Source of the DNA: a virus
Lineage: Duplodnaviria; Caudoviricetes
Reading direction: 5' to 3' (one strand)
Length of the DNA: 64,000 nt
Virus record (IMG/VR): IMGVR_UViG_3300031801_001562
The position numbers were made by a program, and so were the translations under genes. The first letter of the stretch is position 1; each line of letters starts with the position of its first letter. The notes under the pieces were generated by a model. It saw nothing but the letters and a program-made list of their open reading frames with translations, made no database searches and was not told the DNA's origin. This document shows, piece by piece, positions 48,192-57,510 of this stretch.

Positions 48192-48816
48192 ACCAATCTA
48201 AATTACTAATATCTTTATAATGATTATTATCAGCTATATCTTTATCGTCGAAACCAAAATTAATGCGATCATTAAAATTAAATAATCCTAATTCTGCAGT
48301 TTCTGGAGTCATATACATATTATACCCAGATGCCATAAGCTTGTCATCTACATACTTTACATCTTTATTTCTGCCCATATAAATCATTGGTCTTGCCCAG
48401 TCAACAAAATCTTTATTATCTGTTAATATCATACCACCTCTAACAGTAGATATTGTTTTTCTATGATGGAAACTAAGACAATAATAAGTATCCGAAAAAT
48501 ACATGTTTTCGGTAAATCTACATGCAGAATCAACAATATCCAGTGATTCTATCGGATAATATCCCTTCCATTTGAAATCTATAAATTTTAATTTATAGCC
48601 GGCATGATGAAGTGATTGGGGTACACTTATATATGTTTGTTTAGGTAATTCTGCTATGTTATTATATGTTTCAAATGGCTTAATTTTTTTATTCCATAAT
48701 GCTGCTATAAAAATTGCATTAGTACAGCTGTCTGTAGCTACTGCATATTTGGAGCCGCCAAATTCTGCAATTGTTTCTTCAAATTCTTTTACTTTGTTCC
48801 ACATTAAATAACTCAC
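48181..48816 (-). CDS. compact DegT/DnrJ/EryC1/StrS PLP aminotransferase
   Basis: FEETIAEF..YAVATDSCTNA, VDSA, SFHHRK, GGMILTD, GYNMYM. Confidence 0.85.
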   Translation of the reverse strand: MSYLMWNKVKEFEETIAEFGGSKYAVATDSCTNAIFIAALWNKKIKPFETYNNIAELPKQTYISVPQSLHHAGYKLKFIDFKWKGYYPIESLDIVDSACRFTENMYFSDTYYCLSFHHRKTISTVRGGMILTDNKDFVDWARPMIYMGRNKDVKYVDDKLMASGYNMYMTPETAELGLFNFNDRINFGFDDKDIADNNHYKDISNLDWYDD

Positions 48817-49681
48817 AATAATGATTATAATTAAATACTATTTTATCTTTAACTGTTTTAATCTTCTTCGTAAATATATCGGGCTCCATTTGCATATAAG
48901 GTTCTATTGAATCGTTTAATCTGTTTAGGCGTCTCCAATTTGGATCAAACACTCCGCCGTCAAAACTATAATCAAATAATTCATCATATAACTCAAAACC
49001 AAGATCTTTTAACTTAGCATGGATTCCTTGACCACCCCAAACTAAGAAAGGTTTTTGAAATACTATAGGTTTCCATGTTTTTTCTGTAATGAAAAGAGAA
49101 TCAATGGTTGATTCTAATACCAAATCACAATTAGATTGATAATATTCAAGGGGCACTAATTCTTGAAATCCTCGATGATCGGATTCTATCTCCGTAAGCT
49201 TTATTATATCAAGATTAGAAAAACCATTTTTACCTTTATATTCTTCTAATGGAGTGTCCGGATGCCATTTATACTCTATTTCATTAACTTTAGAATAAGG
49301 ATTATTAGAATATATAAAATATTTATTAGTATATAATTTATCTAATAATTCATACTTGTGTTCTCTGGGGGCTGAGCATAAGCTAATAAAATTATATTTT
49401 ATAGGACCGTGAAGTACTGGGCGATTATAATATATGTCTCTACTGCGTTGGCTAATTTCTGTTAGGAAGGAGTAAGGATCATAAACTATTTTAAGTTTAT
49501 CATTCTTCAGATTACCATCAGCAGTGTAATACGTTACTTCATTAGGTAAGTCTTCTAAAAACTTGATAATATCTTCTCTGAACACCTCCCATACATCATA
49601 GACCTCTATAGGGCCTTCAACTTTTAATAAGGGTGTTAGATCTGGATCATTAACTGTTGGTGGGTTAATATAAAATTTCAT
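48779..49681 (-). CDS. putative glycosyltransferase (GT10-like), paralog 4
   Basis: CDLVLES..ITEKTWKPIVFQKPFLVWG..GFELYDELFDYSFD. Confidence 0.5.
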   Translation of the reverse strand: MKFYINPPTVNDPDLTPLLKVEGPIEVYDVWEVFREDIIKFLEDLPNEVTYYTADGNLKNDKLKIVYDPYSFLTEISQRSRDIYYNRPVLHGPIKYNFISLCSAPREHKYELLDKLYTNKYFIYSNNPYSKVNEIEYKWHPDTPLEEYKGKNGFSNLDIIKLTEIESDHRGFQELVPLEYYQSNCDLVLESTIDSLFITEKTWKPIVFQKPFLVWGGQGIHAKLKDLGFELYDELFDYSFDGGVFDPNWRRLNRLNDSIEPYMQMEPDIFTKKIKTVKDKIVFNYNHYCELFNVEQSKRI

Positions 49682-50532
49682 TCATATATAAAGTCTACTA
49701 ACTTATTTGGATCCGGATCATGTCGATTTTCACCGGCTTCTACATCACGAATAAAGTGTTCATGAAACTTGGTAGGCAAATCTGTTTTATTAAAATGATT
49801 TGTCATTATATTACTTAGCACTATATGATTACGATGTGTAAAATGATTAATCATACCAGCATGATGAATAATTTCATCTGACCATTCTTTTTTTGAATGA
49901 TCAAATAAGGGAAGTGAATAAAAATGAAATAAATCATCGTTAAGAATTGTAAAATCAAATAGCTCTTCCTTGTATACTCTACTAAAAGGATTGGGAGTCA
50001 TACCCCATACACGAAAAACTATCATTGGCCAATTGTTCAACTTAGATAGTGCATGAAGATATGTAACATTCTTTAAGTTTTGATGATCAAATTCATCCCA
50101 CATACTTTCATAAAGAGATGTTATACTAAATTCCTCTTCTGGTGTATAATAATATTCAGCAAGTTCCGGATTTCCTTCACGTTTAGCCATCCAATCTTGA
50201 TATGCTGAAGATGAGTCTATACCACCTTTCCGGTTTCTTTTATCACTAGGGTTTTTTGTACTATCTGTAGTTCCTTCTAGCCAAGTCCAAGGAATTCTAT
50301 ATGTACTAGATAATACAAATACGAACTTAGGATTTAATCCAAAACATTCTTGCTCATAATGCCGGTGAAATTTTGCTAATGTCTCAGCAGGTCCTTCACC
50401 ACACTTTCCATGATTATCATGTTCTTCATCTAGATTTTTAGAAAGCATTTGATACCAACGTTCATGGTCGTGCATTCCTAATTTTTCTGCTCGTTCATTT
50501 TCTACAAAACTATCACCATACAAATATATCAT
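49678..50532 (-). CDS. SGNH/GDSL-like paralog
   Basis: YGDSF, NHGKCGEGP, INHFTHRNH. Confidence 0.6.
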   Translation of the reverse strand: MIYLYGDSFVENERAEKLGMHDHERWYQMLSKNLDEEHDNHGKCGEGPAETLAKFHRHYEQECFGLNPKFVFVLSSTYRIPWTWLEGTTDSTKNPSDKRNRKGGIDSSSAYQDWMAKREGNPELAEYYYTPEEEFSITSLYESMWDEFDHQNLKNVTYLHALSKLNNWPMIVFRVWGMTPNPFSRVYKEELFDFTILNDDLFHFYSLPLFDHSKKEWSDEIIHHAGMINHFTHRNHIVLSNIMTNHFNKTDLPTKFHEHFIRDVEAGENRHDPDPNKLVDFIYE

Positions 50533-50534
50533 AA

Positions 50535-51155
50535 TTAACTATTTGAGGACATCTTCTTTTGAGGGTTATAAGCTTTTTCACCGTCATAATAATATAAAGA
50601 TTGATGAGGATCTTCAATAGGAGTGCTATTACTTTGATAATAAAATTTTCTTATAGCATATCTAGTTCCACTTGTTATTTCTTTAACGCCATGAGGTGCA
50701 ACTTCATTATTTTTAAATAATATAGTTGTATTATGACTGGGAACGTGTCTCCATACAACATTTTCTCTTTTCTCATCCCAGATTTGAAATTCACCTCCTT
50801 TACAATCTCCGAGATAAATTGTTAAACTTAATGCTCTATTTAATTTAACCCTATCATTCCAATTAAAATCTATATGAGGATCGAGTTTACATCCTCTAGT
50901 CATTTTAGAGATTCCTTCACCTACACCCATAGGATCAAATAACAATCCTTCCAGATTTGTTTCTTCTTCTAAATTTTTAATTGTTTTTTGTGAATGGAGT
51001 TGATTATATACTTCTCTGAGATCTACATGCTGTTCCCAATCATAATATTCATACATCAAACTATTATTTCTCTCAAAAATTTTCCAATCCTCAATACCTT
51101 CAAGAGTTTTAAGACAGCTCGTTGCCAATTTTTCATCAAGAAACCAAGACTTCAT
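50535..51155 (-). CDS. prolyl-4-hydroxylase-like 2OG-Fe(II) oxygenase
   Basis: LDPHIDFN, GGEF, PHGV, RYAIRKFYY. Confidence 0.85.
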   Translation of the reverse strand: MKSWFLDEKLATSCLKTLEGIEDWKIFERNNSLMYEYYDWEQHVDLREVYNQLHSQKTIKNLEEETNLEGLLFDPMGVGEGISKMTRGCKLDPHIDFNWNDRVKLNRALSLTIYLGDCKGGEFQIWDEKRENVVWRHVPSHNTTILFKNNEVAPHGVKEITSGTRYAIRKFYYQSNSTPIEDPHQSLYYYDGEKAYNPQKKMSSNS

Positions 51156-51351
51156 TATGTTCCATAAGATTGGTTAATAAAGCGGATGAAACAAATTCCG
51201 CCTCATCTCTATCTACTACTACAAAATCACCGTCCACATCTACAACTACAAAATTACCAGTTTCTTTAAATATTCTAATTTGATATTGTTTTGATTGAGC
51301 AAGGAGATCAGTATGAATTTCTATTTCAGGATGTCTCGATATGTTCATCAC
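51136..51351 (-). CDS. hypothetical protein
   Basis: short ORF. Confidence 0.5.
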   Translation of the reverse strand: MMNISRHPEIEIHTDLLAQSKQYQIRIFKETGNFVVVDVDGDFVVVDRDEAEFVSSALLTNLMEHNEVLVS

Positions 51352-51502
51352 TTCCCTCTATTTCGCTGTTTTCATCTAATTCTTCGAGATTAGCTAGCCT
51401 TAGGCGTTCAATGTTTTCATCTTTTAAAGGAAAAGGAATTATTTTTGCAGGTCCTCTTAGTTCTTGAATTTTTCTACTTATCCAATCTTTCATAATTCAT
51501 GC

Positions 51503-52960
51503 TCACGCGGCATATTTTAATAAGGTTTCCCACCTAGGCATCCCTGATTTCATAATATTTATTGCAGCGGGTAGAGTTCTCAACGTTGGTTGTGATATTT
51601 TCTTTGCGGCTGCTAATTCTTTTAATTTATTTAACACCATTCCCGCTTCTCCTTCAGAAACTTTAGTTTCTTTAGCTATAACAGGAATTACTGCTTCCAT
51701 CCTTTCCATCATTTCGCCGGGCGATAATGTTACATCAATTGTTAAAGATCTGGATAAAACTGGCTGGGGTATTTTATCTTTTGGAAGATTCGATACAAAA
51801 ATAACTCTACCTTTAAATTCAAAAGTATTTGGTAATCTTGGTAATTTGCCTTCTTCATCTCCTCCGGCGTATAGAGCATCCTCAATACCGTCTTCAATTT
51901 GTTCTATAGAAGCCCGTGGTAAAGATTGATCAATAGGGACTGTTGATTTTGAAGACCATGAAATTTCTCTTTCTTCATAACTATCTAATGCTGCTTTTAA
52001 AAGATTTTGAGATGTCATATCTTTAAATATATCATCATTATCATCAAAAACTATCAATTTGCCTTTTCTTGCCATAAAAAATTCAGTATATAATCCAAAT
52101 ACAGATGTAGCACCTTTACTAATCTTATAATCATTTTTAGAAAGGCCTGCTTTTTTTATACGTTCTTTTACTGTGAAGGTTTTTCCTGTTCCACCTCCTC
52201 CTGTAACCAAAAGAGCCGGGCGAGCATTTTTAAGAACAAGATCAACAAGATCAGATAAATCTTGAAATAAAACATCCACTGGAACTTTATCGGCGGCGGC
52301 TTCTATTTTTTTCTGGGCGGGATCATCACTAACAGTTTCATTTTCACCTACTTCGGTATCCAATAACATGGTTACATTAACCGTTCCACGTTTACCTCTG
52401 GGTAATTTTGATAATTGATATTGATTTACTTTTCTACCTAATTTTCGGGCTATATCTTTTAATTCTGATACTTTAACTTCTGAACTTCCAAATTCATGAT
52501 AAGCTGCTCTTGCTACACTAGCAAGATCTAAAGTGCCTGTCGCTTCTGAAACTGTAATTTTAAGTTCACGTGCGGCTGGGGCTTTGATGAAATCTGCAAT
52601 AGCATCCACTAAATGAACGATATTAAAATATTGAAGACCGTGTATAGTTCGTGTCGGCCAAGGAAATTCGGTATTCCAACTTTCCCAATAATCAACAGAA
52701 GTAATTTGGGTTTGTTTAGCGTTCTTCTTTTCCCAATTTAATCTAACGGCTTTACCCCTATCGCCGATGAGAAATAAAATACCTACACCAAGCCCGGTTT
52801 TTGTTTTTTTAAATTCCTGTGATCCTCCTTCACCGCCGTATTGATAAAATTTATCACTAACTCTTCTTTCCAAAATGATTCTTATTTTATCAACAACAGT
52901 GACTAAGGATTTGACATTAAATGCCGCCTCAGCAATTAAAGATTTTCTGAATGTTTCCAT
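51503..52960 (-). CDS. AAA+ ATPase with N-terminal extension
   Basis: Walker A GGGGTGKT, Walker B IVFDD, sensor FVSN, SRS. Confidence 0.85.
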   Translation of the reverse strand: METFRKSLIAEAAFNVKSLVTVVDKIRIILERRVSDKFYQYGGEGGSQEFKKTKTGLGVGILFLIGDRGKAVRLNWEKKNAKQTQITSVDYWESWNTEFPWPTRTIHGLQYFNIVHLVDAIADFIKAPAARELKITVSEATGTLDLASVARAAYHEFGSSEVKVSELKDIARKLGRKVNQYQLSKLPRGKRGTVNVTMLLDTEVGENETVSDDPAQKKIEAAADKVPVDVLFQDLSDLVDLVLKNARPALLVTGGGGTGKTFTVKERIKKAGLSKNDYKISKGATSVFGLYTEFFMARKGKLIVFDDNDDIFKDMTSQNLLKAALDSYEEREISWSSKSTVPIDQSLPRASIEQIEDGIEDALYAGGDEEGKLPRLPNTFEFKGRVIFVSNLPKDKIPQPVLSRSLTIDVTLSPGEMMERMEAVIPVIAKETKVSEGEAGMVLNKLKELAAAKKISQPTLRTLPAAINIMKSGMPRWETLLKYAA

Positions 52961-53003
52961 ATTTCACCCCAAAGTTATGTTATATTTATCCAAGTGAATC
53001 TTT

Positions 53004-54140
53004 CTAGGGTTTTGGTTTCGGCAACGCATTTGGTTTTTTTTGTGGATATAATTCTGCTGTATTTACTGGAAATACTTTTAATGTTACCTCTACTTTGCGA
53101 AAAACACGCTTTCGTATAATTGTCAATGTAACCTTTTCTCCAATATTATATTTTCCTAATTGATCTGAAAACCCTAAACCATCATTAATCATCACGTCAT
53201 TGACACCAATAATAGTATCATTAGCTTTCAATTCTTCTGGTACTTTGCCCGGCCTTACCCATAAACCAAGAGTATTCGGCACATGACCAGGTTTAACATT
53301 AGGATAATCTTTTATTATTTTGTCTCTAGTTTTAGGATTAATTAATCCCATAATCATTATGCCGATTGCCGGCCTATCAACTCTACCATTGTCTAACATA
53401 GATTCTAAAGACTTTTTTACAACATCTCCTCTGACTGCTATACCAATCCCAGCGTTTTCTGTAATCTTAGAAATAATCATAGAATTAATTCCTACGATTT
53501 CCCCTTTCATATTCAGAAGAGGGCCGCCTGAATTTCCTTTATTTATTGCTGCATCAGTTTGCAATGATTTAATATAAGGATGTCTCATATATCTTTCATT
53601 GCTTGAAATAATTCCTTTGGTTAAAGTCCAAGCCATACCCATCGGATGTCCGAATGCAAAAACTTCAGTTCCTGGTAATATGTTTTCTACATCATCTGCA
53701 AATTTTATATAAGATTTTGGTTTCACATCTGATGTAACCTGAAGCAATGCCAAATCTGCAAGAGGATCTAATCCAATTACATTTACATCATGAAGTTCAT
53801 AATCATCTTCAGAATAATAAATTAACTTAATATAATTTTGTTGGTAGACGCAGTGAAAATTTGTAAGTATATGTCCTAAATCAGATACGGCAACTCCTGC
53901 ACATAACCCATTTGATCTGGGATTCGTTTCTGGATCAACATTAGGACTTGTAGAAAGCATAACTATAGCTTCTTTAGCCCTTTGAAGAATTGATTCGTAT
54001 TTTAATGTTTTTCTAGCTTCTACTAGAACTGGTTCGTTCGTTTGGATTTCTGAAGAGTTGTCAGCAAATGATGTGCTCCAACCAAATATTAACAATAACA
54101 AAGTATAACACATCAAACCCAAAGATTTGAATTTTTTCAT
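53004..54140 (-). CDS. HtrA/DegS-like trypsin serine protease with PDZ domain and signal/anchor
   Basis: TNFHCV, DLALL, DAAINKGNSGGPL. Confidence 0.92.
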   Translation of the reverse strand: MKKFKSLGLMCYTLLLLIFGWSTSFADNSSEIQTNEPVLVEARKTLKYESILQRAKEAIVMLSTSPNVDPETNPRSNGLCAGVAVSDLGHILTNFHCVYQQNYIKLIYYSEDDYELHDVNVIGLDPLADLALLQVTSDVKPKSYIKFADDVENILPGTEVFAFGHPMGMAWTLTKGIISSNERYMRHPYIKSLQTDAAINKGNSGGPLLNMKGEIVGINSMIISKITENAGIGIAVRGDVVKKSLESMLDNGRVDRPAIGIMIMGLINPKTRDKIIKDYPNVKPGHVPNTLGLWVRPGKVPEELKANDTIIGVNDVMINDGLGFSDQLGKYNIGEKVTLTIIRKRVFRKVEVTLKVFPVNTAELYPQKKPNALPKPKP

Positions 54141-54143
54141 GTA

Positions 54144-54701
54144 CTATCCTTGAAAAATTAGCCCTGGCTCCTCCGCGGATTTTATCGATTTTTGGCCTTG
54201 TGGCTCTTCGGGGGGATCCAGAGGAACATCTGGAATTATTGTTTTATTATCTTTTTCCTTTTCTATTGTTTTATTATCTGATGGTATTACTAAATTTGTA
54301 AAAAAACTTGGAAGAGTTTGATACTCTCCGACACATTCTACTGCTTTAACCATAAAAGTGTTCCCGGTCCATTTGGAATCGATAACTTTTTTAAGGTATT
54401 CTCTAAAATTATTTTCTTTTCTAATCTTATCCACTACACAAAAGCAATGCTCTATCATTTGTCTTTGTGCTGCTATACTCGGCAATTGATTTCCAAGAGA
54501 TGGTTGACTCAATACTACCCATCTTATAGTTCCTTGATAACATGCATTTATTGTATCATATAAACTTTGTGATGGCCATTTATCTTCTTTTAATATTTTT
54601 GGATAGCCCATCGGTGTTCGCGGCAAAGGTTCATTTTCACCTTTAACATATCCCGCAAAAAATAGAATTAACACAAACATTAAAATTAGAGAGTTTTTCA
54701 T
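54144..54701 (-). CDS. putative exported protein
   Basis: signal peptide MKNSLILMFVLILFFAG, four Cys. Confidence 0.55.
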   Translation of the reverse strand: MKNSLILMFVLILFFAGYVKGENEPLPRTPMGYPKILKEDKWPSQSLYDTINACYQGTIRWVVLSQPSLGNQLPSIAAQRQMIEHCFCVVDKIRKENNFREYLKKVIDSKWTGNTFMVKAVECVGEYQTLPSFFTNLVIPSDNKTIEKEKDNKTIIPDVPLDPPEEPQGQKSIKSAEEPGLIFQG

Positions 54702-54715
54702 ACTTCCATCCTATC

Positions 54716-55354
54716 TTATTTAGTATTTTTTAAGCCATCCCTCGGTCCGTGGAATATAATTTGGCCATGTTCTTTTGATTGTTTGAATAATCTTCTTCTT
54801 AATGGTTCTTTCCCGTTTTTTAGTTCTATATAATACGATAAAAATGTATCTGCTTGCATGTTTAGACCATCCTGTAATTCCATATACTTATAGGTAGCTT
54901 TTACAATACCTTCTGCAAATTCCGGAGATATCATGTATGAAGTGGCGGGTGGAATGCCCAAGATAGCAATACCATTATCTCTTTTATAATCTTTACCTTT
55001 ATCTATAAATCTTTCAAACTTTAATCTAAGATCATAGTCGTCCACAATTTCTGGATTTTTACGTGCGTCATGTTCAAAACAAGCAATAGACCGATTTAAT
55101 TTAAGACACCGTTTCCATAATTCAAAATGAGTACAAAAACATGCTTTTTCTGTGTTATGAATCGGGAGTTTTAATTTACGTCCATGCGTTGATACTTTAT
55201 ATTCTTGAAAACGTAATTCAGGAGAAAGTAATTCCGGCGAACGTGCGGGAAACATTTCCAAATCAATATCAAATTCTTTTTTAAAATGTTTTATGCCTTC
55301 TTCAAAATATTGTTCGGATATAGGATTTCCCTCAATCAAGTGCATGAAATACAT
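54716..55354 (-). CDS. glycosyltransferase family 25-like
   Basis: EKACFCTHFELWK, CFEHDA, ATSYMISP. Confidence 0.75.
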   Translation of the reverse strand: MYFMHLIEGNPISEQYFEEGIKHFKKEFDIDLEMFPARSPELLSPELRFQEYKVSTHGRKLKLPIHNTEKACFCTHFELWKRCLKLNRSIACFEHDARKNPEIVDDYDLRLKFERFIDKGKDYKRDNGIAILGIPPATSYMISPEFAEGIVKATYKYMELQDGLNMQADTFLSYYIELKNGKEPLRRRLFKQSKEHGQIIFHGPRDGLKNTK

Positions 55355-55365
55355 TATTACATTTT

Positions 55366-55608
55366 TTATCCGACCTGTTCAGTATAGCAATTGGGGCATT
55401 TCAACTTGGTTTGATGTTTAGCTGACCCAGAAGGCATATTTTGCGTGAAAGGAAGTTTACATCCAATACATGTAAAATGTCTCACGTCGGAATTACCAAC
55501 GGAAAAATCATGTTCTTGTTTTACTAATACAGGTGTTTTAATATCTGGAGCTCTAAAAATTCCAGTTCCCCGTTGAGAAGTTCCTCTGTTAGTTACTCTC
55601 ATTGCCAT
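55366..55608 (-). CDS. Zn-ribbon protein
   Basis: CIGC...CPNC. Confidence 0.55.
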   Translation of the reverse strand: MAMRVTNRGTSQRGTGIFRAPDIKTPVLVKQEHDFSVGNSDVRHFTCIGCKLPFTQNMPSGSAKHQTKLKCPNCYTEQVG

Positions 55609-56000
55609 CCTAATTGTTCTTTACCATCTTTCATATCTTTAAGTGGCGTGAAACTCTCTCCGCAGCCACATGTCTGTCCAAATTTAAGACGATTAAATAT
55701 AAAACCTTGTTCGACTAAATTTCCTATTTTATAATCAACTTCAACGTCTCCCATTATATTATTTAGCAACTCATTATTAACAACTAAATTTACTCCGTGT
55801 TGTTCAAAAATCAAATCAGTTGAACCTACAGTATTTTCATAATCTAAGCTATACTTCCATCCTGAACATCCACCTTCTTTTGCACCAACTCTAAGATAAG
55901 ATGTTTCTAAATCTCTATCTTCATGTAAGCACATATTTGAAAATTCTATGGCTGCTTTTTCTGTTATTTTAAGTTCACATCCAGCTTGGTTTGTATCCAT
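55599..56000 (-). CDS. iscA: A-type Fe-S carrier (IscA/HesB family)
   Basis: ITEKAA, LRVGAKEGGCSGWKY, CGCGESF; start at MDTNQ. Confidence 0.9.
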   Translation of the reverse strand: MDTNQAGCELKITEKAAIEFSNMCLHEDRDLETSYLRVGAKEGGCSGWKYSLDYENTVGSTDLIFEQHGVNLVVNNELLNNIMGDVEVDYKIGNLVEQGFIFNRLKFGQTCGCGESFTPLKDMKDGKEQLGWQ

Positions 56001-56343
56001 CTTCTTGTTCCTTATGTTCGTACATAAATGATGTTCTGCATCCGCATGCGCCTTTTGCTGATGGATTATTAAATTTAAGTCCACGATCATTTAAATCGTT
56101 AGACCAATCTATTTCTGTTCCTTTAATATATAAATGACTCTTTTTATCTACCACGCAAGTGAGACCATGGCTTTCAAATTCTAGATCGAATTTAGTTTTT
56201 CTACTATCAAAATCTACAGTATAAGTAAATCCAGAACATCCACCACCTTTTACACCTATTCTACAAAATGTTTTACTATCAACACTTTGTTCAGCCATTA
56301 TATCTAATACAACTTTAGCTGCCATCTCTGTGAAAGATATCAT
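55975..56343 (-). CDS. iscA: A-type Fe-S carrier (IscA/HesB family)
   Basis: RIGVKGGGCSGFTY, FNNPSAKGACGCRTSF. Confidence 0.92.
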   Translation of the reverse strand: MISFTEMAAKVVLDIMAEQSVDSKTFCRIGVKGGGCSGFTYTVDFDSRKTKFDLEFESHGLTCVVDKKSHLYIKGTEIDWSNDLNDRGLKFNNPSAKGACGCRTSFMYEHKEQEDGYKPSWM

Positions 56344-57107
56344 GCATTTAATTTAGCGGCGATTGCCATCTCTCTCTTTTTTTCTTTAGATTTCCCTTTA
56401 AATTGGGGTGCATCAGAACTTTGAAAATCTTTAACTACATCTCCCATATCCGCATTTTTAACATCTATGCCTTCTATTCGGATTCTGGGTTCTCTCTTCT
56501 CTTCGTTATTTGCTTTCTCTTTTTTCTTTTCTAAAACTTTCGCAAAAGCTTCGCGAAGCCCCTCTTCGGTCTCTTCTTCACTTGGTGGCCCTTCTTTTGC
56601 TAGTCGACGATACATTTTTACCATATTAGGTTTAGTAATTCTTTCAATTGAGACGTCTTTCCACACATCTGGCTTTAATTGACTTCGTAAATCTTTTCTG
56701 ATTGATGCTTTTGAAGAACTTTCAATAAAAATAGGATTTGGTATACCAGGAATTTGTATTTGCCAGAAAGCTTCACTCAATTCTTCATTTTTTGATTCCG
56801 CATCGTATCCTGGATGACTAACTGTCTTCATAATTTCTTCTTTTTTCTTCTTTCTCTTTAAAGGATCATCTGGTAGACCTCCCATAGAAGCTTCCGCATG
56901 CATATGTTTTTTCCAATTATCACCTGTCTTTAAATCAGTCTTTCTTGTTTTTACATGAACATGTCCGTCAGGCAGTTTCGGGTTCCTTATCGCCTTTTGC
57001 ATTTCTCGCTCTGAGCCCGAATGTGTAATTTTACCCTTTTCGGTACTACCTTGAACTATATGATGACTAAATTGTTCTTCTTCGATATGATCTTTAAATT
57101 TTTTCAT
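56340..57107 (-). CDS. T4-like charged modular protein
   Basis: MKKFKDHIEEE start, EELSE/EEETEE linkers. Confidence 0.5.
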   Translation of the reverse strand: MKKFKDHIEEEQFSHHIVQGSTEKGKITHSGSEREMQKAIRNPKLPDGHVHVKTRKTDLKTGDNWKKHMHAEASMGGLPDDPLKRKKKKEEIMKTVSHPGYDAESKNEELSEAFWQIQIPGIPNPIFIESSSKASIRKDLRSQLKPDVWKDVSIERITKPNMVKMYRRLAKEGPPSEEETEEGLREAFAKVLEKKKEKANNEEKREPRIRIEGIDVKNADMGDVVKDFQSSDAPQFKGKSKEKKREMAIAAKLNA

Positions 57108-57484
57108 GTTGCCTGCTTCTGTTTATAATCCGCTATCGCTGCTTTAATTGCATCTTCTGCGAGAACAGAACAATGAATTTTAACTGGTGGAAGAGATAAC
57201 TCATCAACAATTTCTACATTATTTAAAGTCATAGCCTCTTCAACAGTTCTATTTTTAACCCATTCTGTAGCTAATGACGATGCTGCTATAGCTGAGCCGC
57301 ATCCAAATGTTTTAAATTTGGCATCAACAATTTTGTTATCTCTAACTTCAATTTGAAGTTTCATTACATCACCGCATTCTGGTGCTCCTACTAGGCCGGT
57401 ACCAACATGGATATCATTTTTATCCAGGCTTCCTATATTCTTCGGGTGCTCAAAATGATCTAAAACTTTATCACTATATGCCAT
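57104..57484 (-). CDS. iscU: Fe-S cluster scaffold IscU
   Basis: MAYSDKVLDHFEHPKN, GAPECGDVMKLQI, FKTFGCGSAIA, LPPVKIHC. Confidence 0.97.
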   Translation of the reverse strand: MAYSDKVLDHFEHPKNIGSLDKNDIHVGTGLVGAPECGDVMKLQIEVRDNKIVDAKFKTFGCGSAIAASSLATEWVKNRTVEEAMTLNNVEIVDELSLPPVKIHCSVLAEDAIKAAIADYKQKQAT

Positions 57485-57510
57485 ATTTTCCTTTCAATCT
57501 ATTTATGAAA

